In this document: positions 37,989 to 51,851 of the stretch, in pieces | Layout of the letters: every line of letters starts with the position of its first letter | Numbering within the stretch: position 1 is the first letter of the stretch | Source: Octopus sinensis | Taxonomy: Eukaryota | NCBI RefSeq assembly: GCF_006345805.1 | Contig: NC_043016.1 | Location: 22,568,001 to 22,632,000, forward strand | Length of the DNA: 64,000 bases | Direction: 5' to 3' | The notes under the pieces: model-generated | The model's input: only the letters and a program-made list of their open reading frames with translations | Told to the model about the DNA's origin: nothing | Databases searched by the model: none | Position numbers and translations under genes: made by a program

Positions 37989-38017
37989 CAGCAGCAGCAG
38001 CACAGCAGCAGCAGCAA

Positions 38018-38054
<37 letters not shown>

Positions 38055-38130
38055 GGTGGTGGTGGTGTTGATATCGGTGTCGGTGGATGGTTCTGGTGAA
38101 GGTGGGGGTAACCATGATGATGATGATGAT
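37415..38130. repeat. Mosaic trinucleotide tract (GAT, GGT, TAG, CAG)
   Basis: Direct reading of the sequence. Confidence 0.95.
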
Positions 38131-38156
38131 GAGGAGGAGGCGGAATCGTTTGTTCT

Positions 38157-38470
38157 CTCTTTACTCTTTTACTCTTTTACTTGTTTCAGTCATTTGACTG
38201 CGGCCAATCAACCCTGGCACTTATTCTTTGTAAGCCCAGAACTTATTCCATCGGTCTCTTTTGCCGAACCGCTAAGTGACGGGGACGTAAACACACCAGC
38301 ATCGGTTGTCAAGCAATGCTAGAGGAACAAACACAGACACACAAATATACATACATATACATACATATATACGACAGGCTTCTTTCAGTTTCCGTCTACC
38401 AAATCCACTCACAAGGCATTGGTCGGCCCGAGGCTATAGTAGAAGACACTTGCCCAAGATGCCACGCAGT
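38157..38470 (-). mobile_element. SINE family A, 5'-truncated
   Basis: Matches the other family A copies. Confidence 0.8.
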
Positions 38471-38552
38471 ACCTACGTTTATATGTTTTTTCCTCATAAG
38501 TGTATTTTATGCACACGTGCATGGACACATCCATGTGTTCCTGCGTATGTAA

Positions 38553-38585
<33 letters not shown>

Positions 38586-38989
38586 CGTGCGTGTGTGTGT
38601 GTACGTACGTACGTGCGCGTATAATGCTTAGCTTAGGAAAATGGCCGGCACTGAACCCGCATTATTTTTGAAATGTGAATAATATATAGGTCTCCGTCGG
38701 TTTCGACGATGAATATTCAGTAATTCGATGAAGCATATGATTTAACGTGTAAGTGGTCGAATCTTCCGCAGACAATTGTACACTTAACATAATCCTCAGG
38801 CAGAATCAACTTGATACAATGTCTGATAAGTCTGAACCTTTGAATTATGGGTATGAACTATCCGGTCAGTTTTGGGATAGTTTTCGCCTGTTTCGAGATG
38901 GCTTTGGGATAGTTTTCTCGCCCAATATATAGGTCGAACCAAAATTATGATGAATGACATTTCTCCACAGTGGTGCTACGCTGTGTTAG

Positions 38990-39197
38990 ACTTCTTCTTC
39001 TTCTTCTTCTTCTCTTCTTCTTCTTCTTCTTCTTTCTTCTTTTCTTCTTTCTTCTTCTTCTTCTTCTCTTCTTCTTCTTCTTCTTCTTCTTCTTCTTCTT
39101 CTTTCTCTTCTCTTCTTCTTCTTCTTCTTTTCTTCTTCTTCTTCTTCTCTTTTCTTCTCTTCTTCTTCTTCTTCGTCTTCTTCTTCTTCTTCTTCTT

Positions 39198-39228
<31 letters not shown>

Positions 39229-39360
39229 TTCTTCTTGTTCTTCTTCTTCTTCTTCTTCTTCTTTCTTCTTCTTTTCTTCTTCTTCTTCTTCTTCTTCTTC
39301 TTCTTCTTCTCTTCTTCTTCTTTCTTCTTCTTCTTCTTCTTCTTCTTCTTCTTCTTCTGC
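38990..39360. repeat. (TTC)n tract, about 370 bp
   Basis: Direct reading of the sequence. Confidence 0.95.
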
Positions 39361-39361
39361 T

Positions 39362-40800
39362 CGTTATTACTATTGTTGATATCATGTTTTTACCTTTATG
39401 CCCCACATCTTCAATAGTTCAGGCAATATATTGGTCAGAAGAGACTGTAAAGTCTGTAGGTAAGTAGCTGTTTTCTTTTTTTTTCCTTCCTATCCTTGAT
39501 TATGATGTCTGGGCGATTAGCTCTGATTTCTTTGTGAGTTTAAACAGGCATATCCTAGATGATTGTGGTCTGATCGTTGTTGTGTACTGTTTTGCACATG
39601 TTTTTTTTCCATTTATTATCAGTTTTAATGTTGTAATGTTGGCATATTGTGCAGTGGATATAACTGTGTACTCGGTCATGCCTGTATCTATATTTAGATT
39701 TGGCAAGGACTGGATAGCCAGGGGTGATGTAATCAACTGTCACATTGTGCTGGCTGTACATTCTGCATTTGCTGTTAAGGCCTGTTTTCATTACTTTGCT
39801 TTTATAGTTGTTTGTGGTAAGGTATTGGTCTTGTGCAACAAGAATCAGCCTTTCCCTTTCAGCTTTTAGTCCAGAGCTTTAGAGCTATTGTTGGCTTTTA
39901 CTGAGGCTTTTTCACCTCTTCTCTATCAAACCTTGGAGGGTATTGGCCATGGAGTGATTTTTCTCTCCATTTCTTCTTTAGTATGTTCTGTAGCTCTGTT
40001 TTTATGTTGTTTTTGTCCCTTTAACTATTTCTGCTATGTTGTCATCCGAGATCAGTGTATCAGTGTAGTTTGTTTCTATTTTGTATTTTGTCGTTTCCTT
40101 GTTCAAAGAGAAACACGTTTTCTTTTTCTCGAGTTGCTTTATTACATGAAGTAATCTTTCACCTTTTGCTTCTAAGTACTTTTCTAGTCCAACATTGTTA
40201 TTTTATAATAGTTCTCTATCTGTATCAGGCCATGGCCTGCTTCTGAGCAGGGTAGATATATTCTGTCCGCATCTGCTTTGGGGTGGTGACTTTGGTATGC
40301 TGTTAATAGCTTTCTGGCTTTTCTATCTAGGTTTCTCAATTCACTGATCTTCCAGTTTATGTTGAAGTTGTAATTTATGACTAGTATGGCTAACGTGTTT
40401 ATCCCTATTATCTTATTTTTAGCTTTGAGTACAGTGTTTAATATTAGTCTATGTCTTCTGCAATGTTTTCTCTTTATTTTCTCTTCCATTTCTGTGTGCT
40501 GTATTTTAGCTATTTCATCTATTCAAAGATATTTGTATAGGCAATGCTGGTCTAATTCTCTAATTTCTGTGTCTATGTCAAATGCAGTATTTTCAGTGCT
40601 GATTAATTTGCCCTTACTCAGTGTCACTTTGACACATTCGTTCATCTCCATGCTCATCCTCATGTCTTTGATGAAACTATGGACGATTTTTAGAGGATTT
40701 TTCTGTTCTGTGATATTATTAGTGAAAATTTCTAAATCATGTATAGGAAATGGTTTACTGTTTGTCCGTAGCATCTATAATCCATGATAGTTTAATTTAA
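39362..40800 (-). pseudogene. R4-clade LINE 3' half: RT C-terminus, CCHC-type finger, start of the restriction-like endonuclease
   Basis: VNHFLY(M)-DLEIFT, YKYL, NKIIGINTLAI, LDRKARKLLT...HHPKADADRIYLP, LAKSKYRYRHDRVHSYIH, RANRPDIIIKD, LKMWGIKVKT. Confidence 0.85.
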
Positions 40801-41102
40801 CAAGCTTGTTTGCAGAGTCAGAACAAGGCAGAATTTTTTTTATTATCATCATCATCACCATCACCACCACCACCAGCACTACCACCACCACCACCCCTCC
40901 TCCTACTCCTCCTCATTATTATTCCGTAGTTTTATTTTTATAACGTGCTTTCACTGCACTGCCTGATACTGCATCAGGGCATTGATGCTCCCCAACTACT
41001 TCTGCTCATGATCAGAGTTGCACATATCGTCAGCCACTAAGGGACATGGTCAACTGGTTAAGGTCAAACAACTGACAAGCAAATCTGTGGTATTGAGCAG
41101 AA

Positions 41103-41167
<65 letters not shown>

Positions 41168-41409
41168 TTTTACTGAACTATTCCAATGGTTACATTAGGG
41201 AGTGTATCCTTTTCCATTCTAATTTAAGAAACACACACACACACAGTCATCTTACACCTCATCCAGAAAACAATCACCCTACTGATTAGTATAAGATCAC
41301 TCACAAATACGCTTCAGCTTCCGACTCGCTAGCGCACTATCTTCTCCCTGTGCTTTTTCGACCACTACTATTTCTTTTCGTATATAAGAGGCCGTTTTGT
41401 TTATTCAAG

Positions 41410-42450
41410 ACTGTCGCTGTCAATGAAGCTAGTGTTGAGACAGCTTTTGCAATACATCTATTTATCTCAGTTACTAGAGAGTGTTGTCTGTGATGGTAGA
41501 GCCGCGGTATGTAAACTCGGGGACAACTTCCAGTTTACAGTTGTTGATGTTAATTGCTGAGTCTTGAAAACCTTGGTCCAGCAGTTTTGTCTTCTTCACA
41601 CTGTTGGTCAAGCCAAAGATTTGACAGGCTATTGTGAGACTGTCCATGAAGCATGGCAATTGCTATTCCGAGTGTGTTACCAGTGTTGAATTATCATTCA
41701 TGAGTGCTTCGCATATTTCTCTTTTATCTTCAATCGAGACAGGCTGAGCAGTTTCCTGTTTTATCTTGTGTGAAGATAAATACCATGAGTTGATATTAAA
41801 AAACGCACTTCAGCATGGCAGTAAAGATGTCTGTGTGGAATGACTGAACAATCCTGAGTGGCCTAGGAAGGTACCCAATCTTAGGTTCTGAATAGGCTAA
41901 TTTTAACCATAAAGCCGAAGGCCTTCTTGGGATCGATGATAGCGATTGTAAAGTGGCTGTAGATTGTTAAGTGATTGTCGAAGGCAAATCAAGTTAATTA
42001 TTAGGATTTCTAAAGTGAAGCTGTAGCGAGACTTGAGACATACCATTTCAGCTATCTCCTGCAATCTCTTTACGGCCAACCAAATGAAGAACACCATTAT
42101 CATTCTCCACAACGAGATTCCTCAGTTGTTGCTGCAATCGTTTTTACCGCTTTTGTTATTGCACAGGGTAACAGTATTATAGGTTCTCGTTATGTGGGAG
42201 TGCTCCTTCTTTCCAGCACTAGCACAACAGTTTGCGCACATAATGCAAAAGAATGCTTTTTGCACACTTGATGGCTATTGGAGGATATCATCCAATCCCG
42301 GTGACTTGTTAGTGGAAAGACAGTCAATGGATTTACTCAGTTTTTCAACAGTCGGCTGTGCATCTTGTTCCTTTATCATTGGCAGGCATTCCACGGTATC
42401 TAACACATATTCTGAGATGTTGTTTTCTATGGAGTAAAATTGGAGTAATG
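41410..42450 (-). pseudogene. RTE-clade LINE RT fragments
   Basis: PPIAIKCAKSILL...CWKEGALP; KRLQEIAEMVCLKSRYSF; ACQIFGLTNSVKKTK...LEVVPEFTYRGSTIT. Confidence 0.72.
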
Positions 42451-42728
42451 CTCCACCAACTTTTTATTCGCTTGCCTTTGTCTCCTTCCAGAGTGTCAAC
42501 TGTGACGAGGATCACTCTTTGGTTAGCTGCCAGTTTGTACTTAGTCAAAGAAGGTACTCTTTATGAAAGAACTCGACAAACATCGCATATAAATAAAGCA
42601 GAAGAATTCATCAGGTTACTGGAAGATCCCGATCTGCAGATCCGACAGACAGAAATGCACAGTTGAAATGGAATTCTTTGAAGAACACCATCCACAGTAC
42701 TGCACTGAAAGCTTTTGAAGGGAAAGCG

Positions 42729-42828
42729 NNNNNNNNNNNNNNNNNNNNNNNNNNNNNNNNNNNNNNNNNNNNNNNNNNNNNNNNNNNNNNNNNNNNNNNN
42801 NNNNNNNNNNNNNNNNNNNNNNNNNNNN
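42729..42828. other. Assembly gap (100 N)
   Basis: Run of N. Confidence 1.
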
Positions 42829-42829
42829 G

Positions 42830-43560
42830 AAATGATAGATCGGGCAAATGCACTGTGGTATCTGTTCTGGCATTTTGTTTCCTAATAGCAATCTCCTTAG
42901 TGCCAACTATATCAGCCCAAATTGGCAGCCTTTTCCTTGAATAAATATTGATTGTGTTGAGAGGAAGATTTTTGTGCAAGGATGTCAGCATTCACTGACA
43001 GAGGCCTTACAGATTCAATAACAATGTTCACCGTTTAGATAAATGAGACATATCTAATGTACCCCCATACAGAAATATTTCTAACAAAACGTTTGAGTCA
43101 ACAAATTTGTTAAAAAAGACACAGTTAATCAGAAGAGTAATGGAGGTAAAAAGTCTTCTTGAAGAAAGACCTCTATATAAAGGTTATTTTGCAGTATTAT
43201 TGGTGTCTTAAATACCGATGTTTGTGTTGTGCCTGTACATCATCAACAATATCCAATAATTTTGGTTTGTTACTGGAGGCTATTTTGGTAATTAACCAAT
43301 GCGATGATTAGACATAAATTTCTTCCTTCTTCTCTCTTCATCAATAATAATTTTTTCCCTCATTAAAATCCTTTTCAACACCTTCTCTGATAATCTGATA
43401 AGATGATGTCCAGATGAACAACAAATATGTTGCAAAGTAAAAATGCCAAGTCCTTATATATTGTTGGTAAACAGGTTATTGGTCTCTAGGTTTCAAAATC
43501 TTAGTTATTAATAATTCTTTTTTATTTCATGTATAGGGACCAGGTTTTAATATTATTTGT
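42830..43560 (-). pseudogene. R4-clade RT N-terminal fragments, heavily decayed
   Basis: RPITCLPTIYKDL near 43445-43485 and ALVNYQNSL (resembling AWIDYKKAF) near 43275-43300. Confidence 0.5.
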
Positions 43561-43924
43561 CTCTAGTGATAAGATCAGGTGTTGATTCTAGTGTTTATAA
43601 TTAAGTTATTCTATAATGCTGCTACAGCATTGTATCTAATGTCTAAATAATTTAGCCAGAAATTAGAGGTTATCAATTCCAGGAACTTCCCAATTTTTAA
43701 AGGCTTCGATTTTGTCTGAAAATTTCCTGCTAATCACATTAAGATTAAGACCATACTTTAGTATAATTGTGATTTTCATAACTTTTCTGTGTCTTTCACA
43801 CTCCATTGTATGTCTTTATAATATATATTTCGGTGTTTCTAAATCAATTACACATTTTCCCTTCGCAATATGTATTCATGTAAAGTAAAGTAAAGTAAAA
43901 CCAAAGCTTCTTCCCTGCCATCAA

Positions 43925-44113
43925 ATCATGAGGGTGCTGGACAAAATATTTTGTGGCATTTCACCTGTTTTTACATTCGGAGTCCAAATACCACCAAGGT
44001 CAACTTCACCTTTAATCCTTTTGGGAATCAATTAAATAAGTACTAGTCAAACACTGGAGTCAATGGTAATTGACTTTCCTCTTCTCCAAAAACTTGTACT
44101 TATAACAGAAAGG

Positions 44114-44151
<38 letters not shown>

Positions 44152-44557
44152 AAGGTGTCAAGCTGGGAGAATAGTTAGTGTGCTAGGCAAAATGCTTAAC
44201 AACATTTTATCCATCTTTACTTTCTAAGTTCAAATTCTCTTGAGGTCAGTTTTACCTTTCATTCTTTTGGGTCCAATAAAGTAAATACCAGTTAAGCACT
44301 GGGTCAGTGTAATTGGTTATCTCTCTCTCTCCCAAAACATATGTGCCTATATTAGAAAGGATTATTATTATTATTATTATAATTATTATTATTATTATTA
44401 TTATAAAGGTGGCAAGAATTATTAGTATGTGGGCAAAATGCTTAGCAGCATTTCATTGTCTTCACATTCTGAGTTCAAATTCCACTGAGGTTAACTTTGC
44501 CTTTCATCCTTTCAAAATTTCAGGCCTTGTGCCTTTAGTAGAAAGAATTATCATTAA

Positions 44558-44592
<35 letters not shown>
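43925..44592 (+). mobile_element. Three head-to-tail family B SINEs (about 43925-44148, 44150-44402, 44404-44592)
   Basis: Each has the head/core (gagttcaaat...ccttt.atcc.ttt) and ends agaaag.attattatt. Confidence 0.75.
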
Positions 44593-44593
<1 letters not shown>

Positions 44594-44732
44594 CATCAAG
44601 ATGGTATTCTTCAACTTTTTACATTCTAAGCTTATATCTAACTAATTCCAACTTTGTCTTTCATCTTTCTGGGGTTAGCTTAAAAAACTATATACATATT
44701 TATAACTATTACCGCTGCTGCTGCTACTGCTG

Positions 44733-44801
<69 letters not shown>

Positions 44802-45419
44802 TTAAGAGAAACATAAAAGAAAGACATAGGTGATATAAAGTAATGAACTACATCAAGAATATAAGTTTCTAAACCATACTAGTCCATAGATTTGGAGTTC
44901 AAAACCCACTGTTGATTTTTCATTGCTATTGATGGGAGTATGGAAAGCAAAATAGTTTGTCTTGTTTTTTTCCTTAGAAAATTATGTATAATGCTTAGAC
45001 AGGCCATTACAATGCAACAGGTAAGATTTGACCTTGTGATTTTGATGATAATATTTTATAAATGAAATTACTATTTCTGTTATGGTGATAAAAATTCAGC
45101 TGTGAATTATTCATACTGATATATATATATTCCATGATGCCTTCAAGAAAGTCAGAATGCCAATATTGTTCAAGGGCCATGATCACTTTGAAGCCAACAT
45201 TGATTAAATGGATTAATCTTAATCAATATCCATTGAACCCTAATTGGCTTGATTCTGAATCTTTACCTCCTGAAAATTTTATACCTTAATTTGAAATGAA
45301 AATTAAAAACAATTGTTTGTTTAACATATAGACACATACACATGTATACACACACACACACACCACATATATATATATATAATGGCGGTGCCCCAGCATG
45401 GCTGCAGCTATAGATATAC

Positions 45420-45450
<31 letters not shown>

Positions 45451-45520
45451 TATATATTATATATATAAGTAGATATATATGCATATTGTATGCATTTATG
45501 TATATAGATCACATGTGAGA

Positions 45521-45572
<52 letters not shown>

Positions 45573-48500
45573 TATATATATATAAATTATATATATATAT
45601 ATATAATATATAAATTATATATTATATATATATATATATATATAATATATATTAAATTATATATATATATATAATATATATATAAACTTCTTTAAACACA
45701 CATGCATAAGAACCTATGCCACATTTTCTGGAACCTTACACCATCCAGATTTATTGACCTTGTGCTCCATAAATCCACATTCACTCATGTCTATATGTAA
45801 TCTAACATAAAACATATGGTGCTATATAAGTGTAGAAGCTTTATAAGACTGCAAAAAGTGTGATTTTTGTATGTAACTTTAAAAGATATTCTTTATTATT
45901 GACTTGTTTTTAATCTTTCTTTAGTATCATGAAAATATATTTTATATATTTCAAAAGAAAAACAAGTGAAAAGAAAATGACTCCCAGATAATTTTTTCAA
46001 TTGCTGAAGCAATTGTTATTACAGTTGATGCTTTTCAAAAAGCTCATCATGTTTCTGTGAAAAACACAGAGAGCTTTCATAAAACTATTTGAGAGGAGCA
46101 GAAGAAATAGCATTGTTAATATGTTGTCAAACTAGGAAGATATCAATAGGGTTTAATTGGAGTAAAGGCCTTCATGCTACTTTACATCACTTTTTGGTTT
46201 TGGTGCTTTAAACAAATAAATAAATCTTAATTGACATTTTCTAGACTGCACCCAATACTATAATGAAATACAGTCTATAAAAGAGGCCAGTATCCACCAT
46301 TCACCAATACAAAGACCCCTTTTCTATTTTTATTCTACTCCTACTGACTTCAATGGTATCTTATTAATTTGACTGTTTGTTATCTCTTCTAATCTATTCC
46401 CTATCAACCCAATGCCCTCATCAGCCCTGCATCTCTTCTGATCCCTATGCAGAAAGTGGCACTAGCTGTACTACTTTAGGTCTTGATTTCTTAAAAATTC
46501 ACATTGCTAAAAGACCAACTCCTATATGGACTGATCTGGATCTATAACCTCCTGAAAATTTTATACTCTATTTTGAAAAAAAAAAACTATTGTTGAACAC
46601 ATTAAAAATATTTTATGAAATCTTTGATTAAATTTGAACCCTGCACTCAGTCTTCCATACTCCATCCTGGAACTGCATCTTCGTCCTAAGATCCGTCGCG
46701 GAAGTAATCTGCTAAAACAGATCCCAGCCTGAAACTTTATGTTAACTGCATTAAGCTCTAGTCCCAGGTAATCCTACACTTCAGTTTTAGGGCAAGCCAT
46801 AAAAAGATTTTTTTTTTAAATATTGGCACTCTCCATCCTTTTGAGGTTGACTATTTAAAACAAACCAGTAACTAAAACAAAACAAATAAAAAAATACTAC
46901 CAAAACATGGAATGAAAAATTCTGTGTTATTTAATTATATTTTATTTTTTAATGTGTCATAATTTGATGGGTTTTTTTTTTAAATATTCAATATCTTGAG
47001 AATGGGTTGATGGGAGGGGATGTCAAAGAATTTTAAAAGGCTTTTTGACATATTTTGATTGAATGCATGCACAATTTTTTTTTATCTTAAAATATAAATA
47101 TGAAATAATAATAATAACATTAATAACATTAATAATAATAATATCAGATGAAGTAATTCCCTGCCCCACTATGCAAGATAAAGTTTATTGACATGGGGAC
47201 CAACTCCCGAAAAATAAAAGTTTTCCCCTCAAATCAATATCTATCACTAAGAGTGTGCTGCATTTTAAGCATATCTATTAATCTGTAAATCCAACAATAT
47301 AATCCAGCTAATGTTAAGAAGATATCAACAGTAATCTATGTTGGCATCTGTAGAGTCAGGTATGTTTGTGTGTTAAGAAGAGAGAAATATCAAACGCCAT
47401 GAGCAGGTTTGAAGAGTGGAGTTCTCTTAAAAATGGCTCTATAAAATATTCATCCTGCTCTTAACATACATACATTAATTTTATTATTTTTTAATCCGTA
47501 AATTATATATATATACATATTTTGTTTTTAATTTTTTGCTTATTCAATATTGTTCTTTGTATCTTTGTTTCTGTGTTCCTTTCAAATCAAAATTATACAT
47601 AAAAAAAGAAAGGTTTTTTAAAAATTTACCGTCAAAAGTATTTTTAAAAAAAGGAAAAGAAAAACAAGTGCCAAACAAAACAATTATTTGTATTTGAGTA
47701 ATTTTATTTCTTTATATTAATTTTTTTTGTTTTGTTTTGTTTGTTTTCAAACTAGAATTTGTAACTGTTTCATTAATTAATTAATTAATTAATAAGAATT
47801 TCAAACTTGAGTTTCGCAAATTAAAATTCTTAGAAATAATATTTTGTGAATTCTTTGACTAAATTTGATTTAAAATCGAGTTTCTGGTAAGAAGAAAAAA
47901 ATAAGATTTTATATGCGCATACACATGTACACACACAAGACACACTCACACACACACAAACACATAAACACAAGACAAACACGTAAACACATTCATATTC
48001 ATTATATATATGTGTGTATATATATATATATATATTATTATATATATATCCAATATATCCATATATATCCATATATACATCCATATATATACATATATAT
48101 CCATATATATATATATATATATCCATAGATTCTCTGACACGTAGACATAACAAGGTAGATATTTAGAGACTGTATATAAAACATATACAAACTCACAAAA
48201 ACAGTCATATATTCATATGTTGCAACACTCACACACACACACATACACACACACATAAACTTATCTAGTATTTATTATTTTTTTCTTTATACATTTTGTT
48301 TTGTAATATTGAAGTGAATTTCTTTATTTTTCTTTTTTTCCTGTGGGAAGGAAGGGCTATTTTATTATATATATATTTTTTTTTTTTTTCAGTCTCTAAT
48401 GAATTTTCAATTTTGTAACTAATTGCACTTTTTGCAATTGCAATTTTTTTTATAAATGTTAATATATGTTAGCATTACATGTAGAATAAAAATAAAATAT

Positions 48501-48702
48501 TTATAAAATGTTATACATGGTGTTTTTAGATATTAAATAAAGCCACTATATGAATTTTTGTATCTGTATGCATATATAGATACACACATTTGTTCACACA
48601 CGTATACATAAATATACATTCACACATATACATTTACACATATATATATACATACATAGATACGTACACATATACTTAAATCTATATATATACATACATA
48701 CT

Positions 48703-49370
48703 GTTGCCATAGTAACGAAACTAAAGCATGCACAGTGAAGCCGCTTGGCACAGATTGACCCTGAACACTGCTTGTCATGGTGGTACATGCTCAGAGGCCT
48801 ACACAAAGTTGTAGAAAGTGTATGGAGAGGAGTGTATGAGCCGCACACAAGTGTACGAATGATTAAAACGTTTCCGAAAAATATCGTTATTGACGAACGT
48901 TTTGGGAGACCCGGAACCAGCAGAATTGAGAAAAACATTGCAGATGTGCGTGCAGCTGTGAGGATAAATCATTGAATCATCATCCGTGAGTTATCAGAGG
49001 TTGTGCAGATTAGTTACGGTTCAGTTCAGTCCATTATCACTGAAGATTTGGGTATGAGACACATGACTTCCAAATTTGCGCCAAAACTGCTTTCAACTAA
49101 CTGAAAAAACACTCGGGTTTCAGTTGCACAAAATCTCCTTGATTATGTTGAGAACGATGAAACCTTTTTGAAAACTTTGCATAGACCTCTGAGCAGGTAT
49201 CGCCAAGCTTTTGGCAAAATTTGATGCAGATTCTCTACTCAACTTTCTCTATCATGGTCAATGCGACGATCACACGCTACACACTTTCCTTTCAAGCACT
49301 GCCGTAAACAGCAGAAGTGAGCTAGAACGTTAAAACTTAGTGTGCATGCACAGCAGAGTTCAAGGTCAAT
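48703..49370. mobile_element. Rearranged remnant of the same mariner family as 25572-26836
   Basis: 48703-49180 matches the transposase 5' half in plus orientation. 49181-49370 matches a 5' segment in the opposite orientation. Confidence 0.8.
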
Positions 49371-49509
49371 CTATATATATACATATATATACATATGCAT
49401 GTGTACATACATGTATACATACATATACATACATAAACATACATACATAGACATACATATGCGTACATATATACATATTTGTACATACATATATACATAC
49501 ATACATATA

Positions 49510-49543
<34 letters not shown>

Positions 49544-49605
49544 CGTACATACATACATACACACATACATACATACATACATACATACATACATACATAC
49601 ATACA

Positions 49606-49638
<33 letters not shown>

Positions 49639-50907
49639 GTACATACATACATATATGTACATACATATATGTACATACATGGGCAGGGGAATCAGTACAG
49701 TGGCAATATTAAATGGTACTTAATGTGAAGAATATTCCTTTTATATTATGAGTTCAAATACCTACTTCAGCTTGCATACTTTGGGGATTGATGAAATAAG
49801 TACCAGTCAAATACTAGGATCTATTTAATCAACAGTACCCACTTGCCCTTACAGTGTGAGGACTTGTACCAATGCAAGAAATGATGGTTAGTAATGTAGT
49901 ATTAATTCAATAATTGACATCATAATATTATGAAGGCTGCTGCCATGATAAATATGTCAATAGAACGTAATAATACAGTACATGTGGGAAGCATGTGGGA
50001 GGCTTATGTATATTAAATAAAGATAAAATAAATACATGTTTCCTAATTATGTGTTTTTTTGGGGGGTGGGGATGCTTCCTTTTTCAGAATTTCATACTCC
50101 CATATACTTTCATACTCCTATATCATGAGACAGACAGGCACACACACACACATATTATATATATATATATATATAATATATATATAATTTATAAGTAAGG
50201 CAAAAGAAAAAAAATTCTAATGCCAAAATTTGCCGAAAATGGACACTACGTCAATAACCATGTAATAATATCACTAAAGCATATTTTGGCATTAGAATTT
50301 TTTTCTTTTGCCCTTACTTATAAATTGTTTATAAATTAACTTAAAGGTATTTTTAAATATTTTTAATTGACAGAATTTTTTCGAAAAATTCTATCCTATA
50401 TATAGATATATATATATATATTATATATATATATGTATGTATGTATGTATATCAAAAGCGACACCAGGTCATCAGCGTCACTCCGACTCATCACAGATTT
50501 CGCATAAAGCACATGCCTGCTCAAAGAATTTCACATTTTTCCGCAATATTTATAGCCCCCAAATGTCTTATTTTTTTTTATATCTAGCACTATGTGTTTC
50601 TCCATTACTAAGTTAAGGGTAAAAGTAAAGTAGCCCTGCAAAACACAACTGATCTTTACACACAGACACACAGAATAACAACAATCAAATAACGACTGCG
50701 GAGTGCACAACAAACATCTGCAATCTGACTGTCACCTGTACTCTTGAAGAGATGCCAGTTAGTCTTTTATACTTACTAGGCTCGTTCGTATTAGCCTGGA
50801 TAATTTTTCGTTCCTTTAAGAATGGAAACTTTTCATAGATTGGAATTTAAAAGCTAATCTCTATAGAAATTTATTGTTTCAAGAAAACATTGAATTTGAA
50901 TTACCTT

Positions 50908-51851
50908 GGGTCTTTTCTGTTTGGTTGCCAGCGGCTCCAAAAGTTTTACTGAAAATTTCAAAATTTGGCTGAATAAAACACTTGCCCAAACTGAATTGCT
51001 GAAGTTATTAAATTTTTCCCAGAAAAACGTTTTTAAAAATTTATAGAGGTTAAAAGTTTGATAATTTTCACCCAGTCAGGAAACAGGATTTGGAAGCTGT
51101 CATTTTGTGCGTCACTGCACATTTTGTCATCAACAGCCTGAAAATAGCACGTGTTGTCAATATTTGTAAACAACACGTGTTATGTCTCCGGTAATTTTCC
51201 TTCGTGTAAATAAATCTTATTTAACTGTTAGCACACCTCACAACCACAAGTGCTCAATGCAAATGCGGAAAACAACACGTTACATGCGCTAAACACATTA
51301 GAATTTTTAACAGAAAGATTTAGAAGAATTAAATGAAAGTTCTCCGGTAATTTTCTTTCATATAAATAAATGTTTATGTTAATTTAAAGAACAGTTAGTT
51401 TTAAATCTCTGAGCGAGTAGGTAGAAAATAAACTTTAATTTAAAAGATTTATCAAAAAAATCTTATATAGCTGTTATTTTTAGCAGACCTCACAACCACC
51501 CCAATGCGCAATGACAAAAAGAAACGAGTAAACAAACATTTGTCAACATGTGCTTCCTCACAGATAAAAAAACTTTTCAAAGACTGTTACTATGACAACA
51601 AGCGAAGGAGGTTCTCATGTTTCCGCTTGTTACTCACGAAACAGACATGAATGTGTCTGTGACTTACGACTGGCTAAAATTACCAAAATTTTCAAACTTT
51701 AATTATTAATAACTTATTATTTATTGATTTATAGCGAAAATTACTTTCACCTCATTAATTAGCCTATAAAGGTGTATCAATACACTGAATATGAAATCAA
51801 ACAGAAAGTGACACTGGCAGCCCGCCGCTGGCAACCAAACAGAGAAGATCC
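50908..51851. mobile_element. Non-autonomous DNA transposon (MITE-like) with about 28-bp inverted repeats; superfamily unassigned
   Basis: gggtcttttctgtttggttgccagcggc (50908-50935) vs gccgctggcaaccaaacagagaagatcc (51824-51851). No ORF inside. Confidence 0.65.

Noticed and set aside
27795-39560. The R4 endonuclease piece at 27.8 kb as the missing end of the 39.4-40.8 kb element
   Set aside because: Opposite strand, 11 kb away, and the 39 kb copy already has its own decayed endonuclease sequence.
46620-46800. tRNA-Sec-like or other ncRNA (gagtgcagggttcaaa on minus), or an exon
   Set aside because: No cloverleaf or downstream tRNA arms, and the open frame has no recognisable homology.
45700-48600. 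Repeat-poor AT-rich stretch as the 3' UTR of a host gene
   Set aside because: AATAAA and U-rich tracts are expected by chance at this composition, and no terminal coding exon was identified.
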